Below, in pieces: positions 10,283 to 21,600 of a DNA stretch of 64,000 bases. Position 1 is the first letter of the stretch. Each line of letters opens with the position of its first letter. The translations under genes were made by a program, and so were the position numbers. Source of the DNA: Anaeromyxobacteraceae bacterium (GTDB lineage: Bacteria; Myxococcota; Myxococcia; Myxococcales; Anaeromyxobacteraceae); the NCBI GenBank assembly GCA_047602405.1, contig JASGHJ010000001.1, positions 1,696,001 to 1,760,000 on the forward strand, written 5' to 3'. The notes under the pieces are model-generated. The model worked only from the letters and a program-made list of their open reading frames with translations, made no database searches and was not told the DNA's origin.

Positions 10283-11037
10283 GGCTTCGTGCCCTCGTCG
10301 AGCACGCGGAGCGCGTTGAGGCTCCTCGGGTACCCGATGAACGGGATGAGCTGGGTGAGGGTCGCGAGGAGCACGCGGCGGTCGTTTCCGACCGCGAGGT
10401 TCGCCGCGACGTGGCTCGAGAGCTGCGCCTCGCAGCCGCCCAGCGCCGCGAGCATGCAGAAGGTGAGGAGCTCCCGCGTCGCGAGGTCGAGCCCGCGCCG
10501 CGTGTAGTGGTCACCGAAGCAATGCGCGGCGAGGTAGCCCTGGATGTGGCGCTCGTCGGCCGGCGCGCGCGCATTCGCCTCGTCGATCCGGCTCCCGAAC
10601 GCGCGCCGCTGTACCTCGAGCCCCCGGGCGTGCCGGTCCTCTGGTGTGGTCGTGCCCTGCGGCGGGAGGGGCAGGGCGATCCCCCGCTCCCGCAGCACGT
10701 CGTTCGTCGCGTGCAGGAATGGAAAGGCCCGCGCCATGCCCACGTACGGCACGGCCTGGTACAGGACCTCCTTCGCCTCCACCGGCGTGACGCCGACGTT
10801 CAGCGCCGCGCCGAGCATCACGCGGTACTCGTCGAGCCCCTGGGCCGCCAGGATCGCCGCGAGCTGGGCCATGAGCCGGCGCCTGGGCTCGAGGAGCCCG
10901 GGCTCGTGCTCGAGGACGTCGCCGAAGGCCCAGTTGTCGAAGAGCTCGACGAGCTCGGGGTCGGTCGCCTTCAGGGTCGAGACGTGTCCGGGGAAGAGCA
11001 CGTCGTGGTTGCGCTGCGCCTCGGGACGGATGGCCAT
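10279..11037 (-). CDS. Carboxymuconolactone decarboxylase family protein (two CMD repeats)
   Basis: DPELVELFDNWAFGDV, KEVLYQAVPYVG, CFGDHYTRRGLD, PFIGYPRSLNAL. Confidence 0.88.
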   Translation of the reverse strand: MAIRPEAQRNHDVLFPGHVSTLKATDPELVELFDNWAFGDVLEHEPGLLEPRRRLMAQLAAILAAQGLDEYRVMLGAALNVGVTPVEAKEVLYQAVPYVGMARAFPFLHATNDVLRERGIALPLPPQGTTTPEDRHARGLEVQRRAFGSRIDEANARAPADERHIQGYLAAHCFGDHYTRRGLDLATRELLTFCMLAALGGCEAQLSSHVAANLAVGNDRRVLLATLTQLIPFIGYPRSLNALRVLDEGTKP

Positions 11038-11054
11038 GGTCGGTCGCTCCCGGC

Positions 11055-12050
<996 letters not shown>

Positions 12051-13108
12051 CTACCCGGCCCTCAGGCTGGCCATGTCGATCGAGAACCGGTACTTCACGT
12101 CCTGCTTCATCAGCCGGTCGTAGGCCTCGTTCACCTGCTGGATGGCGATGACCTCGACGTCGGCGGTGATGCCGTGCTCGCCGCAGAAGTCGAGCATCTC
12201 CTGGGTCTGGCGGATGCCGCCGATGAGCGAGCCGGAGATGCTCTTGTTGCCGAAGAGGAGCCCCATCGCCGAGATGGCGTGCGGCGTGTCGGGGGCGCCC
12301 ACGAGCGTGAGGTTCCCGTCGCGGCGGAGCTGGTGCACGTAGGCGTTCACGTCGTGCGCGGCCGAGACGGTGTCGAGGATGAAGTCGAAGCTGCCGGCGT
12401 GCCTCGCCAGCTCGTTCGCGTTCCGCGAGACGACGACCTCGTGCGCACCGAGGCGGAGCGCGTCCTCCCGCTTCGCCGGCGACGTCGTGAACGCGACGAC
12501 GTGCGCGCCCAGGGCCCGCGCGAGCTTGACGCCCATGTGGCCGAGCCCGCCGAGTCCGACCACGCCCACCTTCTTGCCCCTCGTCACGCCCTGCCGGCGG
12601 AGCGGCGACCAGGTCGTGATGCCGGCGCACAGGAGCGGGGCGGCGCCGGCGGGGTCGAGGTTCGACGGGACGCGCAGGACGAAGCGCTCGTCGACGACGA
12701 CGCTCTCCGAGTACCCGCCGTAGGTCACCTTGCCGGTGTGGCGGTCGGGCGAGTTGTAGGTGAACACCGAGCCCGCGCAGAACTGCTCGAGGTGCGCCTC
12801 GCACTCGGGGCAGGTGCCGTCGGAGTCGACCATGCAGCCGACGCCCACGAGGTCGCCGCGGCGGAACCGCGTGACCGAGGCGCCCACCTTCGTGACCCGG
12901 CCGACGATTCTCGTGACCGGGCACGCAGGGATAGACGGTCGGCAGGGCGCTCCACTCGTTCCGCGCCTGGTGCACGTCGGAGTGGCAGATGCCGCAGAAG
13001 AGGATCTCGAGCTCCACGTCGGTGGCGCCGGGCTCGCGCCGCTCGATGAGGGTGGGGACGAAGGGGGAGGTGGCGCTCGCGACGGCGTAGGCCTTGGCGT
13101 TGGACATG
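12051..13108 (-). CDS. Zn-dependent NADP alcohol dehydrogenase (CAD/YahK-like), +1 frameshift at ~12908
   Basis: CGICHSD...PGHE then, in the next frame, IVGRV...GVGCMVDS, APLLCAGIT, GLGGLGH; removing one base restores GHEIVG. Confidence 0.9.
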
Positions 13109-13133
13109 CCGGGCAACCTACGCGCGCCGGCGA

Positions 13134-13149
13134 GCCCCGGAAACGGGGC
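13134..13149. terminator. Short GC hairpin between the 13176 gene and the ADH gene
   Basis: GCCCCG-GAAA-CGGGGC. Confidence 0.3.
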
Positions 13150-13175
13150 CTTCGCGGATGGGCCGTGAAGAAAAG

Positions 13176-13610
13176 CTAAACGGCGCGTCGCGTCGCGACC
13201 GCCACGGTGACGGCGGCCGCCACCAGGAACGCCGCCCCGAGCGCGACGAGCCCGATCCAGGTCCAGCGGAGCTCGCCGGGCGTCTTGAGCGTGCCGTGCG
13301 CGGGCTCGCGCCGCTCGTAGCGCACGGTGACGACGTCGCCGGCCTGCGCGGTGCGGCCGACGTTCTGGTGCAGGAGGAACACCGTCGAGCCCTCGGCCTC
13401 GTACTCGACCGTCGCCTTCCAGCCCTTCGAGCGCCGCTCCACGGTGAGGAGCTTGCCCTGCACGACGCCCATGTCGGCGAGGATCGCCTCGGCCTCGCGG
13501 CCGGCGTAGGCGCCGAAGCCGAGGAAGAGCAGCGACATCACGAGGAGGATGCCCGCGACCTGCCCGGGCGTCGCCTGCCGCACGCGCCGCCGGGGCCCGA
13601 CCTTGAACAT
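13176..13610 (-). CDS. Hypothetical membrane protein (DUF3592-like: TM, beta-rich domain, TM)
   Basis: Two hydrophobic helices flanking VQGK..VEYEAEG..GDVVTVRYE. Confidence 0.6.
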   Translation of the reverse strand: MFKVGPRRRVRQATPGQVAGILLVMSLLFLGFGAYAGREAEAILADMGVVQGKLLTVERRSKGWKATVEYEAEGSTVFLLHQNVGRTAQAGDVVTVRYERREPAHGTLKTPGELRWTWIGLVALGAAFLVAAAVTVAVATRRAV

Positions 13611-13622
13611 GCCGCGATCGTA

Positions 13623-13787
13623 TCACCGCCTCGGCCGGAAGAGCGGCGCCTCGCCCGGCCGCCCGGAGAGCAGCGTCATCGCGAGCACGCGCTTCTCGAG
13701 CGGCGCGGCGGGGCGCGGGCGGTACCGGCTGAGGACGAGGACGATCCCGAGGAGTGCGGCGGCGCAGAGGAGGACGAGGGTCAGCAT
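13623..13787 (-). CDS. Small hypothetical membrane protein (54 aa)
   Basis: MLTLVLLCAAALLGIVLVLSR single TM; fits the intergenic gap. Confidence 0.4.
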   Translation of the reverse strand: MLTLVLLCAAALLGIVLVLSRYRPRPAAPLEKRVLAMTLLSGRPGEAPLFRPRR

Positions 13788-13917
13788 GACCCCGGACAGA
13801 GCAACGCCCGTGCCCGCGCCTGGAGGCGCGAGGTCACGGGCGTTTACGCGGTCCGGGCCCCGGAGGTGTGTCCGGAAAGGCACGCCGCCGGGGCCGGGCG
13901 GCTACAGGCCGTGCCGC

Positions 13918-16900
13918 TCAGAGACCCAGGATGATGTACGTCCGGATCTCGTACTCGTCGCCCCACTTGAGCGGGTCGCTCTCGCGGGCCTTGAAGCGCG
14001 GCGAGTTGCGGTCGGTATAGCGGAGCTTCCCGGAGATGCCGATGCGCGTCTCGTCGAAGCCGAGCCAGAGCTTCCCGGGCGTCGCGACCGCGTAGGAGAG
14101 GTCGCCGACGACCTGCAGCGGGAAGGTCAGGTTGAAGTCGCGGTGGTAGTCGTACGGACCCCAGTCGTTGAGGCGCACCGCGCCCTGGAGGAGGGCCTGC
14201 TTGTAGGAGGCCCGGCCCTCGACGCCCCAGCGGTGCACGATGCGGGCGCTGTCGCCGTTCGCCTCGCCGAGGCCGCCGTAGAGGATGGTCGCGAGCCGCA
14301 CGTTCGCGGTCGGGCGCCCCACGATCCGGGCCTTCGCCTCCCAGCTGTCGAACGCGGGCGGCGCGCCGGGGAACGCGAACTGTGTCACGCCGTCGGCCAG
14401 GAACCCGAGCCCGGCGTCGCGCGTCGTCGGCTGGTGGCGGTACACGACGTCGAGCGAGGCGGCGAGCGGCGCATCCTCGCGCAGGTCGTTGTCCCACTGC
14501 CAGAGCCACGTGCCCGGCGTCGGGTCCCAGGTGACGACGAGCTCGCCCGCGATCGTCTCACGGTTCGCGCGGACGGCGAACGGGTCGTCGATCACGTTGC
14601 GCGGCGGGCCGGCGTCGGACGGCACCGGGCCCACGAGCGGCTTCTGCCAGAGGAAGTTCGGCGAGACCTGGAAGTCGCCCACCTGCACGGCGACGCCGGC
14701 GAGCGCGTTCGCCTGGTTGCCCGAGCCGGAGTCCTTGAGCGACCAGCCGGTGTACGTGATGGTCGGGTCGGCGCGGCCGTCGGCGACGAGCCCCATGTAC
14801 GCGCCCTGCGCGTACGCGTGCCAGCGGCCGGTCTCCCAGGTCGCCTTCAGCTTCGCGCCGAAGGTGTCGGTGCCGAGCACCTTGTCGTTCCGGAGGGTGT
14901 AGCTCCCCGGCGAGCCCTCGGCGACCACGAAGGCGTCGCCGATCTTCACCCGGCCCGCGACGAGGCCGCCGGCCTGGAGGCCGAACCCGCCACGCCTCCA
15001 CTCGGCCACGAGCGCGGTCTTCCGCTGCTGGCGCTCGGGGGCGTTCCCCGCCGCGCCGGTCGCCGCGTTGCCCTTCGCGAGCTGCTCCTCGTGCTGCAGG
15101 GTGAGCGTGACGCCGCCGAAGGCCCGGCGGTACTTCGCCATGATGGCCGGGTTCGCGCCCCACCACAGCTGCGGGCCGAACGCGACCTTGAGCCCCTCGA
15201 GCTTCTGGTGGAACGCGACCTCGACGCCGAGCGGCGCGTCCGCGTCGTAGGTGTCGATGTTCGGGCCGTAGTTGGCCTCGCGGTACAGGCCGAAGAGGTC
15301 GCCCTCGTAGCCCCAGTGGTAGTGGCCGGTCCGGTAGAAGGCGTCCGCCTTGAACGCGGCCTCCTCCCAGCTCACGCTCGCCCGGTAGACCTTGAGGCGG
15401 TCGGGCTCGAAGGTGGCGGCGGTGCCGTCGGCGCGGGTGGCCGTCGCCCGGCGGCCGTGCTTCTCGTAGTAGATCTCGTCGATCGGGTTCTCGGCCACGT
15501 TCCCGAGCACGTTCAGCATGAGCATGCCGTTCACGCCGGAGGCCGGCGCGACCTGGAAGCCGGCGAAGAACGACTCCATGTGATCGAAGCCGCCCGGGCG
15601 GCGCGCGGCGGGGTCGAGGGCGTGGCCGCCCGTGGAGTAGGTCTCGAGCTTGAGGCCGAGCTGGCTCACCCGCACCTTGTCGATGACCGCGGCGGCCATC
15701 GCGGCCCTGTCGGCGCGGTAGTTGCGGGCGAGCGAGACGAGGTCGATGGCGCCGTAGGTGCGCGCGATGGCGTCGGGCGTGGTGCCGGCGGCGTACGGGT
15801 CGAGCTTCCACGCCTGCTGGAGCGCGTAGTACGCGGTGCGCGGATAGACGTCGAAGAGGCCGCGCGCGTCCGGCGGGACCTTCGCGCAGATGCCCCACCA
15901 CTCCTCGTTCATGTTGTTCTTGCCCTCGACGAAGTCCTCCGGGTAGCCGGCGTTCGGCCAGGAGGCGGTCGTGTCGTGCACGTCGAGGTTCGACTCCTGG
16001 CCGGTCTTCCACCAGCCGTCGCTCCACTGGAAGATCATGCCGCCGATGGCGTTGCCGACCTTCCCCTTGCCGGCCGACTGCTCGTAGATCTCCCTCCACT
16101 GGTCGACGAGGTAGCTCGCCTGCGTGACGTCGTCCTCGCGGCCGGCCTTCGCGTCGTACGCGTCGGCGCCGAACTCGGTGAACATCACCGGGATGCCGAG
16201 CTTCTCCTTCACGACCTGGAAGAGGTCGCGGGCGGAGCGGCCGCGGTAGACGTTCGCGCCCATGACGTCGATGCCCTTCGCCTCGGAGGCGATGAGGTCG
16301 ATGTACTGGAGGTCGCCGTTCGCCCAGGCCACCGGGCGGTCCGGGTCGAGCGCCTTCACCTTGCGGGCGACCTCGCCGACGAGCGAGTACAGGAACTTCG
16401 CGCGGGCGGCGTCGCGCTCGCCCACCGGCAGCGCCTCGATCTCGAACGAGCTCCAGCTGAGCCCGTAGTTGTTCTCGTTGCCCAGCAGCCACATCAGGAC
16501 GCCCGGCGTGCCCTTGAACGACTCGACGAGCTTCGTCACCTCGGCGGTCACCGCGGCGCGCAGGCGCGGGTCGGCGTAGTTCACCGCCGGGATCCAGACG
16601 CCGTCGAGGGTGTAGCCGTAGCGCGCGAGGGTGTGGTTGATGACGGTGTAGATGCCCCAGCGCTCGTACACGTACTTCACCCAGCGCGGCGGCATCCCGG
16701 CATAGACGCGGATGACGTTCACGCCCATCGCCTTCATGAGCGCGCACTCCCTGTCGAGGGCGGCCTTCACGACGTCGTCAGGCTGCTCCCAGAGGGACCA
16801 GGCGTAGTTCGTGCCGATCGGGAAGTAGTCCCAGTTCATGCCGAGGACCATGAGGTCCTTCCCGTCGACCTCTAGCTTCTGGCCGGAGGGATCGGAGACG

Positions 16901-16983
16901 ACCTTCACGACCTGGGCGGAGGCGCCGGCGGGCGCCGCGGCCAGGAACGAGGTGAGCAGCAGGGAGGCGAGGGTCCGGGTCAT
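13918..16983 (-). CDS. Secreted clan GH-A glycoside hydrolase (GH2-TIM/GH158-like) fused to a predicted outer-membrane beta-barrel
   Basis: Signal peptide (..AGASAQ); GMNWDY, MGVNVIRVY, acid/base LGNEN, nucleophile FTEFG, FQWSDGWWK; C-terminal ~590 aa of amphipathic strands ending EYEIRTYIILGL. Confidence 0.75.
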   Translation of the reverse strand: MTRTLASLLLTSFLAAAPAGASAQVVKVVSDPSGQKLEVDGKDLMVLGMNWDYFPIGTNYAWSLWEQPDDVVKAALDRECALMKAMGVNVIRVYAGMPPRWVKYVYERWGIYTVINHTLARYGYTLDGVWIPAVNYADPRLRAAVTAEVTKLVESFKGTPGVLMWLLGNENNYGLSWSSFEIEALPVGERDAARAKFLYSLVGEVARKVKALDPDRPVAWANGDLQYIDLIASEAKGIDVMGANVYRGRSARDLFQVVKEKLGIPVMFTEFGADAYDAKAGREDDVTQASYLVDQWREIYEQSAGKGKVGNAIGGMIFQWSDGWWKTGQESNLDVHDTTASWPNAGYPEDFVEGKNNMNEEWWGICAKVPPDARGLFDVYPRTAYYALQQAWKLDPYAAGTTPDAIARTYGAIDLVSLARNYRADRAAMAAAVIDKVRVSQLGLKLETYSTGGHALDPAARRPGGFDHMESFFAGFQVAPASGVNGMLMLNVLGNVAENPIDEIYYEKHGRRATATRADGTAATFEPDRLKVYRASVSWEEAAFKADAFYRTGHYHWGYEGDLFGLYREANYGPNIDTYDADAPLGVEVAFHQKLEGLKVAFGPQLWWGANPAIMAKYRRAFGGVTLTLQHEEQLAKGNAATGAAGNAPERQQRKTALVAEWRRGGFGLQAGGLVAGRVKIGDAFVVAEGSPGSYTLRNDKVLGTDTFGAKLKATWETGRWHAYAQGAYMGLVADGRADPTITYTGWSLKDSGSGNQANALAGVAVQVGDFQVSPNFLWQKPLVGPVPSDAGPPRNVIDDPFAVRANRETIAGELVVTWDPTPGTWLWQWDNDLREDAPLAASLDVVYRHQPTTRDAGLGFLADGVTQFAFPGAPPAFDSWEAKARIVGRPTANVRLATILYGGLGEANGDSARIVHRWGVEGRASYKQALLQGAVRLNDWGPYDYHRDFNLTFPLQVVGDLSYAVATPGKLWLGFDETRIGISGKLRYTDRNSPRFKARESDPLKWGDEYEIRTYIILGL

Positions 16984-17005
16984 GGGACGCCCTTTGTTGT
17001 GCCGG

Positions 17006-18379
17006 TCAGCCGGCTTCGACGGCGTTCGCTGCGATGATGCCCTGGTACGTCTGGAACGAGTCCTTCGGCGTGCGCCTCTGCGTCGCGTAGTCCACGTGCA
17101 CGAGGCCGAACCGCATCCGGTAGCCGTGCGCCCACTCGAAGTTGTCGAGGAGCGACCAGTGAAAGTACCCCGCGAGCGGCACGCCCTCGCGGAGCGCGGT
17201 CGCGCAGGCGGAGAGGTGGCCGCGGAGGTAGTCGGAGCGCCGGGCGTCCCTCACGCGGCCCGCGGCGTCCGGGCCCTCGGGGTAGGCGACGCCGTTCTCG
17301 GTCACGTAGAGCTTCGGCACGCGGTACTCGCGGTGGAGCCGCACGAGCGTGTCGTGGAGGCCGCGCGGCCAGACCTCCCAGCCCATGTCGGTGCGGTCGG
17401 CGTCGGCGGGCTCGAGGACCGTGCGCGGCGTGTTCTCCGCCTCGGGCACGCGCGCGGAGCGGCGGATGCTGCGCGAGTAGTAGTTGAGGCCGAGGAAGTC
17501 GATCGGCGCCGAGATCGTGGCGAGGTCCCCGGGCTGCAGGAACGCGGGGCGGCCCGCAGGCAGGTGGCCCTGGGCGACGCGGTCGGCCACCGCGTCCTCC
17601 GGGTAGCGGCCGCGGAAGAGCGGATCGAGGTACCAGCGGTTGAAGAAGCCGTCGAAGGCGCGGGTCGCCTCGGCGTCGGCGGCGCTCGGGCTCGCCGGCG
17701 TCGCGGGCGTGAGGTTGAGCACGATGCCCACCTCGGCGCCGGGCGCGTTGCGGCGGAGCGCCGGCAGCGTCCAGCCGTGCGAGAGGAGGACGTGGTGCGC
17801 GACCGCGAGCGACTCCGCCGGATCCCGGTGGCCGGGAGCCTGCTCGCCGACCTCGTGGCCGAGGTGCGAGATGCACCAGGGCTCGTTGTGCGTCACCCAG
17901 TGCCGGACGCGGTCGCCGAGCCGCATCGACACGACCTCGGCGTACTCGACGAACGCCTCCGCGGTGTCGCGGGAGGCCCAGCCGCCGCGGTCCTGCAGCG
18001 CCTGCGGCAGGTCCCAGTGGTAGAGCGTCGCGAACGGGCGGATGCCGCGCTCGAGCAGCGCGTCGACGAGCCGCTCGTAGAAGTCGAGGCCGCGCGGAGC
18101 CGGCGTGCCGCGCCCCGCCGGCAGCACGCGGGGCCACGCGATCGAGAAGCGGTACGCGCCGACGCCGAGCTCGGAGAGCAGCGCGAGGTCGTCCTTCCAG
18201 CGGTGGTAGTGGTCGCACGCGACGCGCGCGTCCGAGCCGTCGGCGATCTTGCCGGGCGTGGCGCAGAAGCGGTCCCAGATGGACTCGCCGCGCCCGTCCT
18301 CCCCGGCCGCGCCCTCGATCTGGAAGGCAGACGTCGCCGTGCCCCAGAGGAAATCGCGAGGGAATTCGAGCTTGGACAT
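17006..18379 (-). CDS. Beta-glucosidase, glycoside hydrolase family 1
   Basis: FPRDFLWGTATSAFQIEG, TLYHWDLP, THNEP, YVTENG, DNFEWAHGY; no signal peptide. Confidence 0.95.
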   Translation of the reverse strand: MSKLEFPRDFLWGTATSAFQIEGAAGEDGRGESIWDRFCATPGKIADGSDARVACDHYHRWKDDLALLSELGVGAYRFSIAWPRVLPAGRGTPAPRGLDFYERLVDALLERGIRPFATLYHWDLPQALQDRGGWASRDTAEAFVEYAEVVSMRLGDRVRHWVTHNEPWCISHLGHEVGEQAPGHRDPAESLAVAHHVLLSHGWTLPALRRNAPGAEVGIVLNLTPATPASPSAADAEATRAFDGFFNRWYLDPLFRGRYPEDAVADRVAQGHLPAGRPAFLQPGDLATISAPIDFLGLNYYSRSIRRSARVPEAENTPRTVLEPADADRTDMGWEVWPRGLHDTLVRLHREYRVPKLYVTENGVAYPEGPDAAGRVRDARRSDYLRGHLSACATALREGVPLAGYFHWSLLDNFEWAHGYRMRFGLVHVDYATQRRTPKDSFQTYQGIIAANAVEAG

Positions 18380-18421
18380 CCTGCGGGCCCCGGGCGCTGG
18401 AGGACTCTGGGAGAGGCGGAT

Positions 18422-18471
18422 ACTTTGTTTGTTGTGCGAACAAACTAAACCGAACAAGGGCCCGCAGTCAA
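18422..18471 (-). promoter_or_regulatory. Sigma70-type promoter with overlapping ROK-type operator upstream of GH1
   Basis: Minus strand TTGACT-18-TAGTTT; palindromic ACTTTGTTTGTTGTGCGAACAAAC (18422-18445) in an AT-rich patch. Confidence 0.75.
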
Positions 18472-18480
18472 GCTGCGACA

Positions 18481-18618
18481 GGTGCCGAGTGGCCTCCCGC
18501 TCGGGCGCTCGGTTCCATCCGTCCGTGGTGCCGAGTGGCCTCCCGCTCGGGCGCTCGGTTCCATCCGTCCGTGGTGCCGAGTGGCCTCCCGCTCGGGCGC
18601 TCGGTTCCATCCGTCCGT
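18481..18618. repeat. Perfect tandem repeat, 3 x 46 bp
   Basis: GGTGCCGAGTGGCCTCCCGCTCGGGCGCTCGGTTCCATCCGTCCGT at 18481, 18527 and 18573. Confidence 0.95.
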
Positions 18619-18660
18619 CCCGAGCGTAGGCCCGCCGCAGGCGGGCCGGAGACGAGGGAC
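18611..18660 (+). repeat. REP-like palindromic element, family 1, copy A
   Basis: CCGTCCGTCCCGAGCGTA-GGCCCGCC-GCA-GGCGGGCC-GGAGACGAGGGAC; aligns with 45144-45191. Confidence 0.8.
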
Positions 18661-18662
18661 GC

Positions 18663-21600
18663 CTACGCCTGGATCGCGAGGAACGCATCCAGCCGCTCGA
18701 CCTCGCCGCGCCGCGAGAGCAGCGCCGCGGTCCGTGCGGCGTCGAGCGCCGGCCCGGGGAGCTCGTCGACCCGGCCGTCGCGCCAGGTCAGCTGGAGTCT
18801 CGCCGGCTCCCCCTCGGCGGCCCGGTGCACGACCACCGGCACCTGCGCGAGCGTGAACGCGAGCGCGCCCGCCGGCACCTCGATCCGCCGCGCCGGCCCC
18901 TGGCCGTCGGGCCATACCGGGTCGAGCACGTCCAGCGTCTCCGGCCGGGCGAGGAGCTCCGCCGGGTCGAGCAGCGCCGTGCGGAACGTGAGCCGCCCCG
19001 CCTCGAAGGTCACGCCGAGCTCGAGGAGGCGCGAGAGCACCTCCTCCTTCACCTGCCCGGTCATGCCCGGCTGGCGCGCGCCGTTGCCCGCCGGCGTGTG
19101 CGAGTACGGGTCGAGCGGGAAGGCGCCCCAGCCCTGGGGCCCCTTCCTCACTCCGCCGAGCCCGTCGCGGATCGCGCGCGCGTGGCGCACGAGCCTCAGG
19201 CGCGTGGCGAGGTCGGGGCACGCGACCGCCCGCTCCTGCACCGCGAGCAGGAGCTTCGCCACCATGTGCCAGTAGATCGACCCGAGCCCCTCGTAGGCGA
19301 ACATCGAGCCCGACCGGCCGGTGAACGCCCGGTGGTGGAAGGTCGCCTCGTGGGCGGCGAGCACCTCCGCGCGGTCGTGCGGCGTCGCGCCGAGGGCGTC
19401 GAGCGCGTGGGCGAGCGGCTCCGCGTTCGTGAAGCGCTCGTCGAAGCGCACGGCGCCGGCCGCGTCGCGCGCGACGATCCCGCGCCCGCCGGCCTCCAGC
19501 AGCCGCAGCAGCCCGGGCGTCGCCGCCACGACCTCGGACGGCACGACGTTCTTCTCGAGGAACCGCGGCAGCGCGCGATCGGGGTAGAGGAGGTAGCTCC
19601 GCTGGTCCTCGCGCCACAGGCGGCTCGCGCGGAGCGCGTCGAGGAGCGCGCAGGCCTCCGCGTCGGAGAGCACGCCGGTGCCGAGCACCGCGACCTGCCC
19701 CTCGAGCATCTCGGCCAGCCGGTCGACGCCGAAGGCGCCGCGGCCGCGCGGGGCGAGCAGGTTGTACCCGTGCCACAGGCCGTCGGCGCGGCGGTTGGCG
19801 CGGAGGGAGGCCGTCACCGCGGCGCGCGCGCGCCGGACGAGGTCGAGGAGGGGATCGACCGGGGCCGCGACCGGCGCGGACAGGCCGCGGGCGTACAGCC
19901 CCTCCCGGAACGCCGAGGCGGGCTGGCCGAGGGCGGCCATGATCTCGCCGCGCGCGGCGTCGCCCGGGTCGCCGGCCTCGAGGGCCGTCGCGTGGCGCTC
20001 GAGCGCGGCGCGCGTCGCCTCGGCCCAGGCCGCGACCTGTGGCGTGAGCGCGGTCGCGCGGCCGCGGAGCGGCTCGAGGAACGCGGGCAGGAGCGCGAGG
20101 TACCGCTCGAGGTGGCAGAGCGTGACGACCGAGAGGCCCCAGCCCACGAGCGCGTTGTTCGCGTCGTTCCACTCCGGGCGCCCGGTGTTCATCCAGACCC
20201 CGCCGCCCGGCACGAGGCTCGCGATCTTGGCCAGCGCCGGCACGAGCAGCTTCTCGACCAGCGTCACCCGGTGGAGTTCCTCGCCGCCGCCCTCGACGCG
20301 GCGGTGGAGGAGCCGCCCGTCGGCCCCCAGCTCGCGCTCGCGCCCGACGAGCCGCTCGTGCCGCGCCTCGTCGAACGCGATGGTCTTCCGCGGATCCTTC
20401 AGCATCGCCTCGAACGGCGCGATCCGGTACGGCACCTCGGCGTAAGTGAAGATCGGCCGCTCCGCGAGCGCCGGCAGCCGCTCGGGGTGCAGCCGCAGCG
20501 ACGCCTCCACGAGGCGCGCGAGGTAGACGAGCTGGTGGTCGCCCCAGTAGCCGATGGCCGCCCACGGGTCGCCCGGCTCCGGCACCTCCCAGTCGATGCC
20601 GCGGTGGCTGATCCGGTACGGGTTGTGGCCGTCCGCGGTGGAGGCGTTCACGAACCGCGCGACCATGCCCTCGAGGAACGCCGGGTGCGAGGCGGCGAGG
20701 GCCTCCCAGTTCTGGAAGATGTCGCGCCAGTTGCCCTGGTACGCGAGGCGCAGCTCGCCTGCCCCGTCGCGCACGTCGATGTCGAACCGGTTCCACGGGC
20801 GCGAGGGGTCGCCGTGGCGCCGGGAGAAGGTGAGCGGCAGGTGCTCGAGCGCGAGCCGCTCGAGGTCGGGGTCGCCCGGCACCGCGGCGCGCGCGAGGAC
20901 CTCCTCGCGCGGGAGGCGCGAGGGCAGGGCGCCGAGGAGCCGCGCCTGGCGCGCGGCCGTCGCGCGGCTCGCCTGCGCCACGAAGGCGGAGAGGTCGGCG
21001 GTGGGGACCTCGTGGCCGTGGGCGAAGACCCCGCCGCGCAGGTCGTTGAACAGCACGTTCACGAGGTGGTGCGCCGAGGCGAGCGCGTCGGCGGTGCGCT
21101 GCAGCCCGTCGGTCGAGGCCACGATGGCGCGGAGCCGCGCCGCGCCGGCGCGCACGTCCTCGCCGATCTCCGCGGCGAGCGCGGCCGGGCGCGCGCGGAG
21201 CGCCTCGGCGAGCGCCACCACCGCGCGCTGCGGCTGGGCGACGTCGGCGACGAAGGTCCAGGAGACCGCCTCGCCCGGCTCCAGCCGGAGCGTCGCCTCG
21301 GCGAGGTACGCGCCGCGGCGGCCGCGGGACTCGTCGCGCTCCTGGAGCGGGAGCCCCGCCGTGAAGCGCTCGAGCGCGCCGGCGTCGAGGTGGATCCGCA
21401 CCCCCGGGAGCCCGAGCGAGAAGACGGTGGTCGCGTGCAGCGACTCCTTCGGCTCGGGGAGGTCCACCACCTGCGCCGCGAGCGTCACGAGGGCGAGCGT
21501 CGTGCCCGGCACGCGCTCGGTGCGCTTGTAGGCGTCGACGAGCGACGAGAGCCGGAGCTGCAGCTCCTCGCCGACGTCGGCGGGCAGGAGGTTGAGGAGC

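Noticed and set aside
16991..17005. Third ROK operator before the GH-barrel gene (CTTTGTTGTGC)
   Set aside because: Only a half-site, no ACAAAC arm and no -35 box; overlaps the likely RBS
18481..18618. CRISPR array
   Set aside because: Units are fully identical with no spacers, and no cas genes are present
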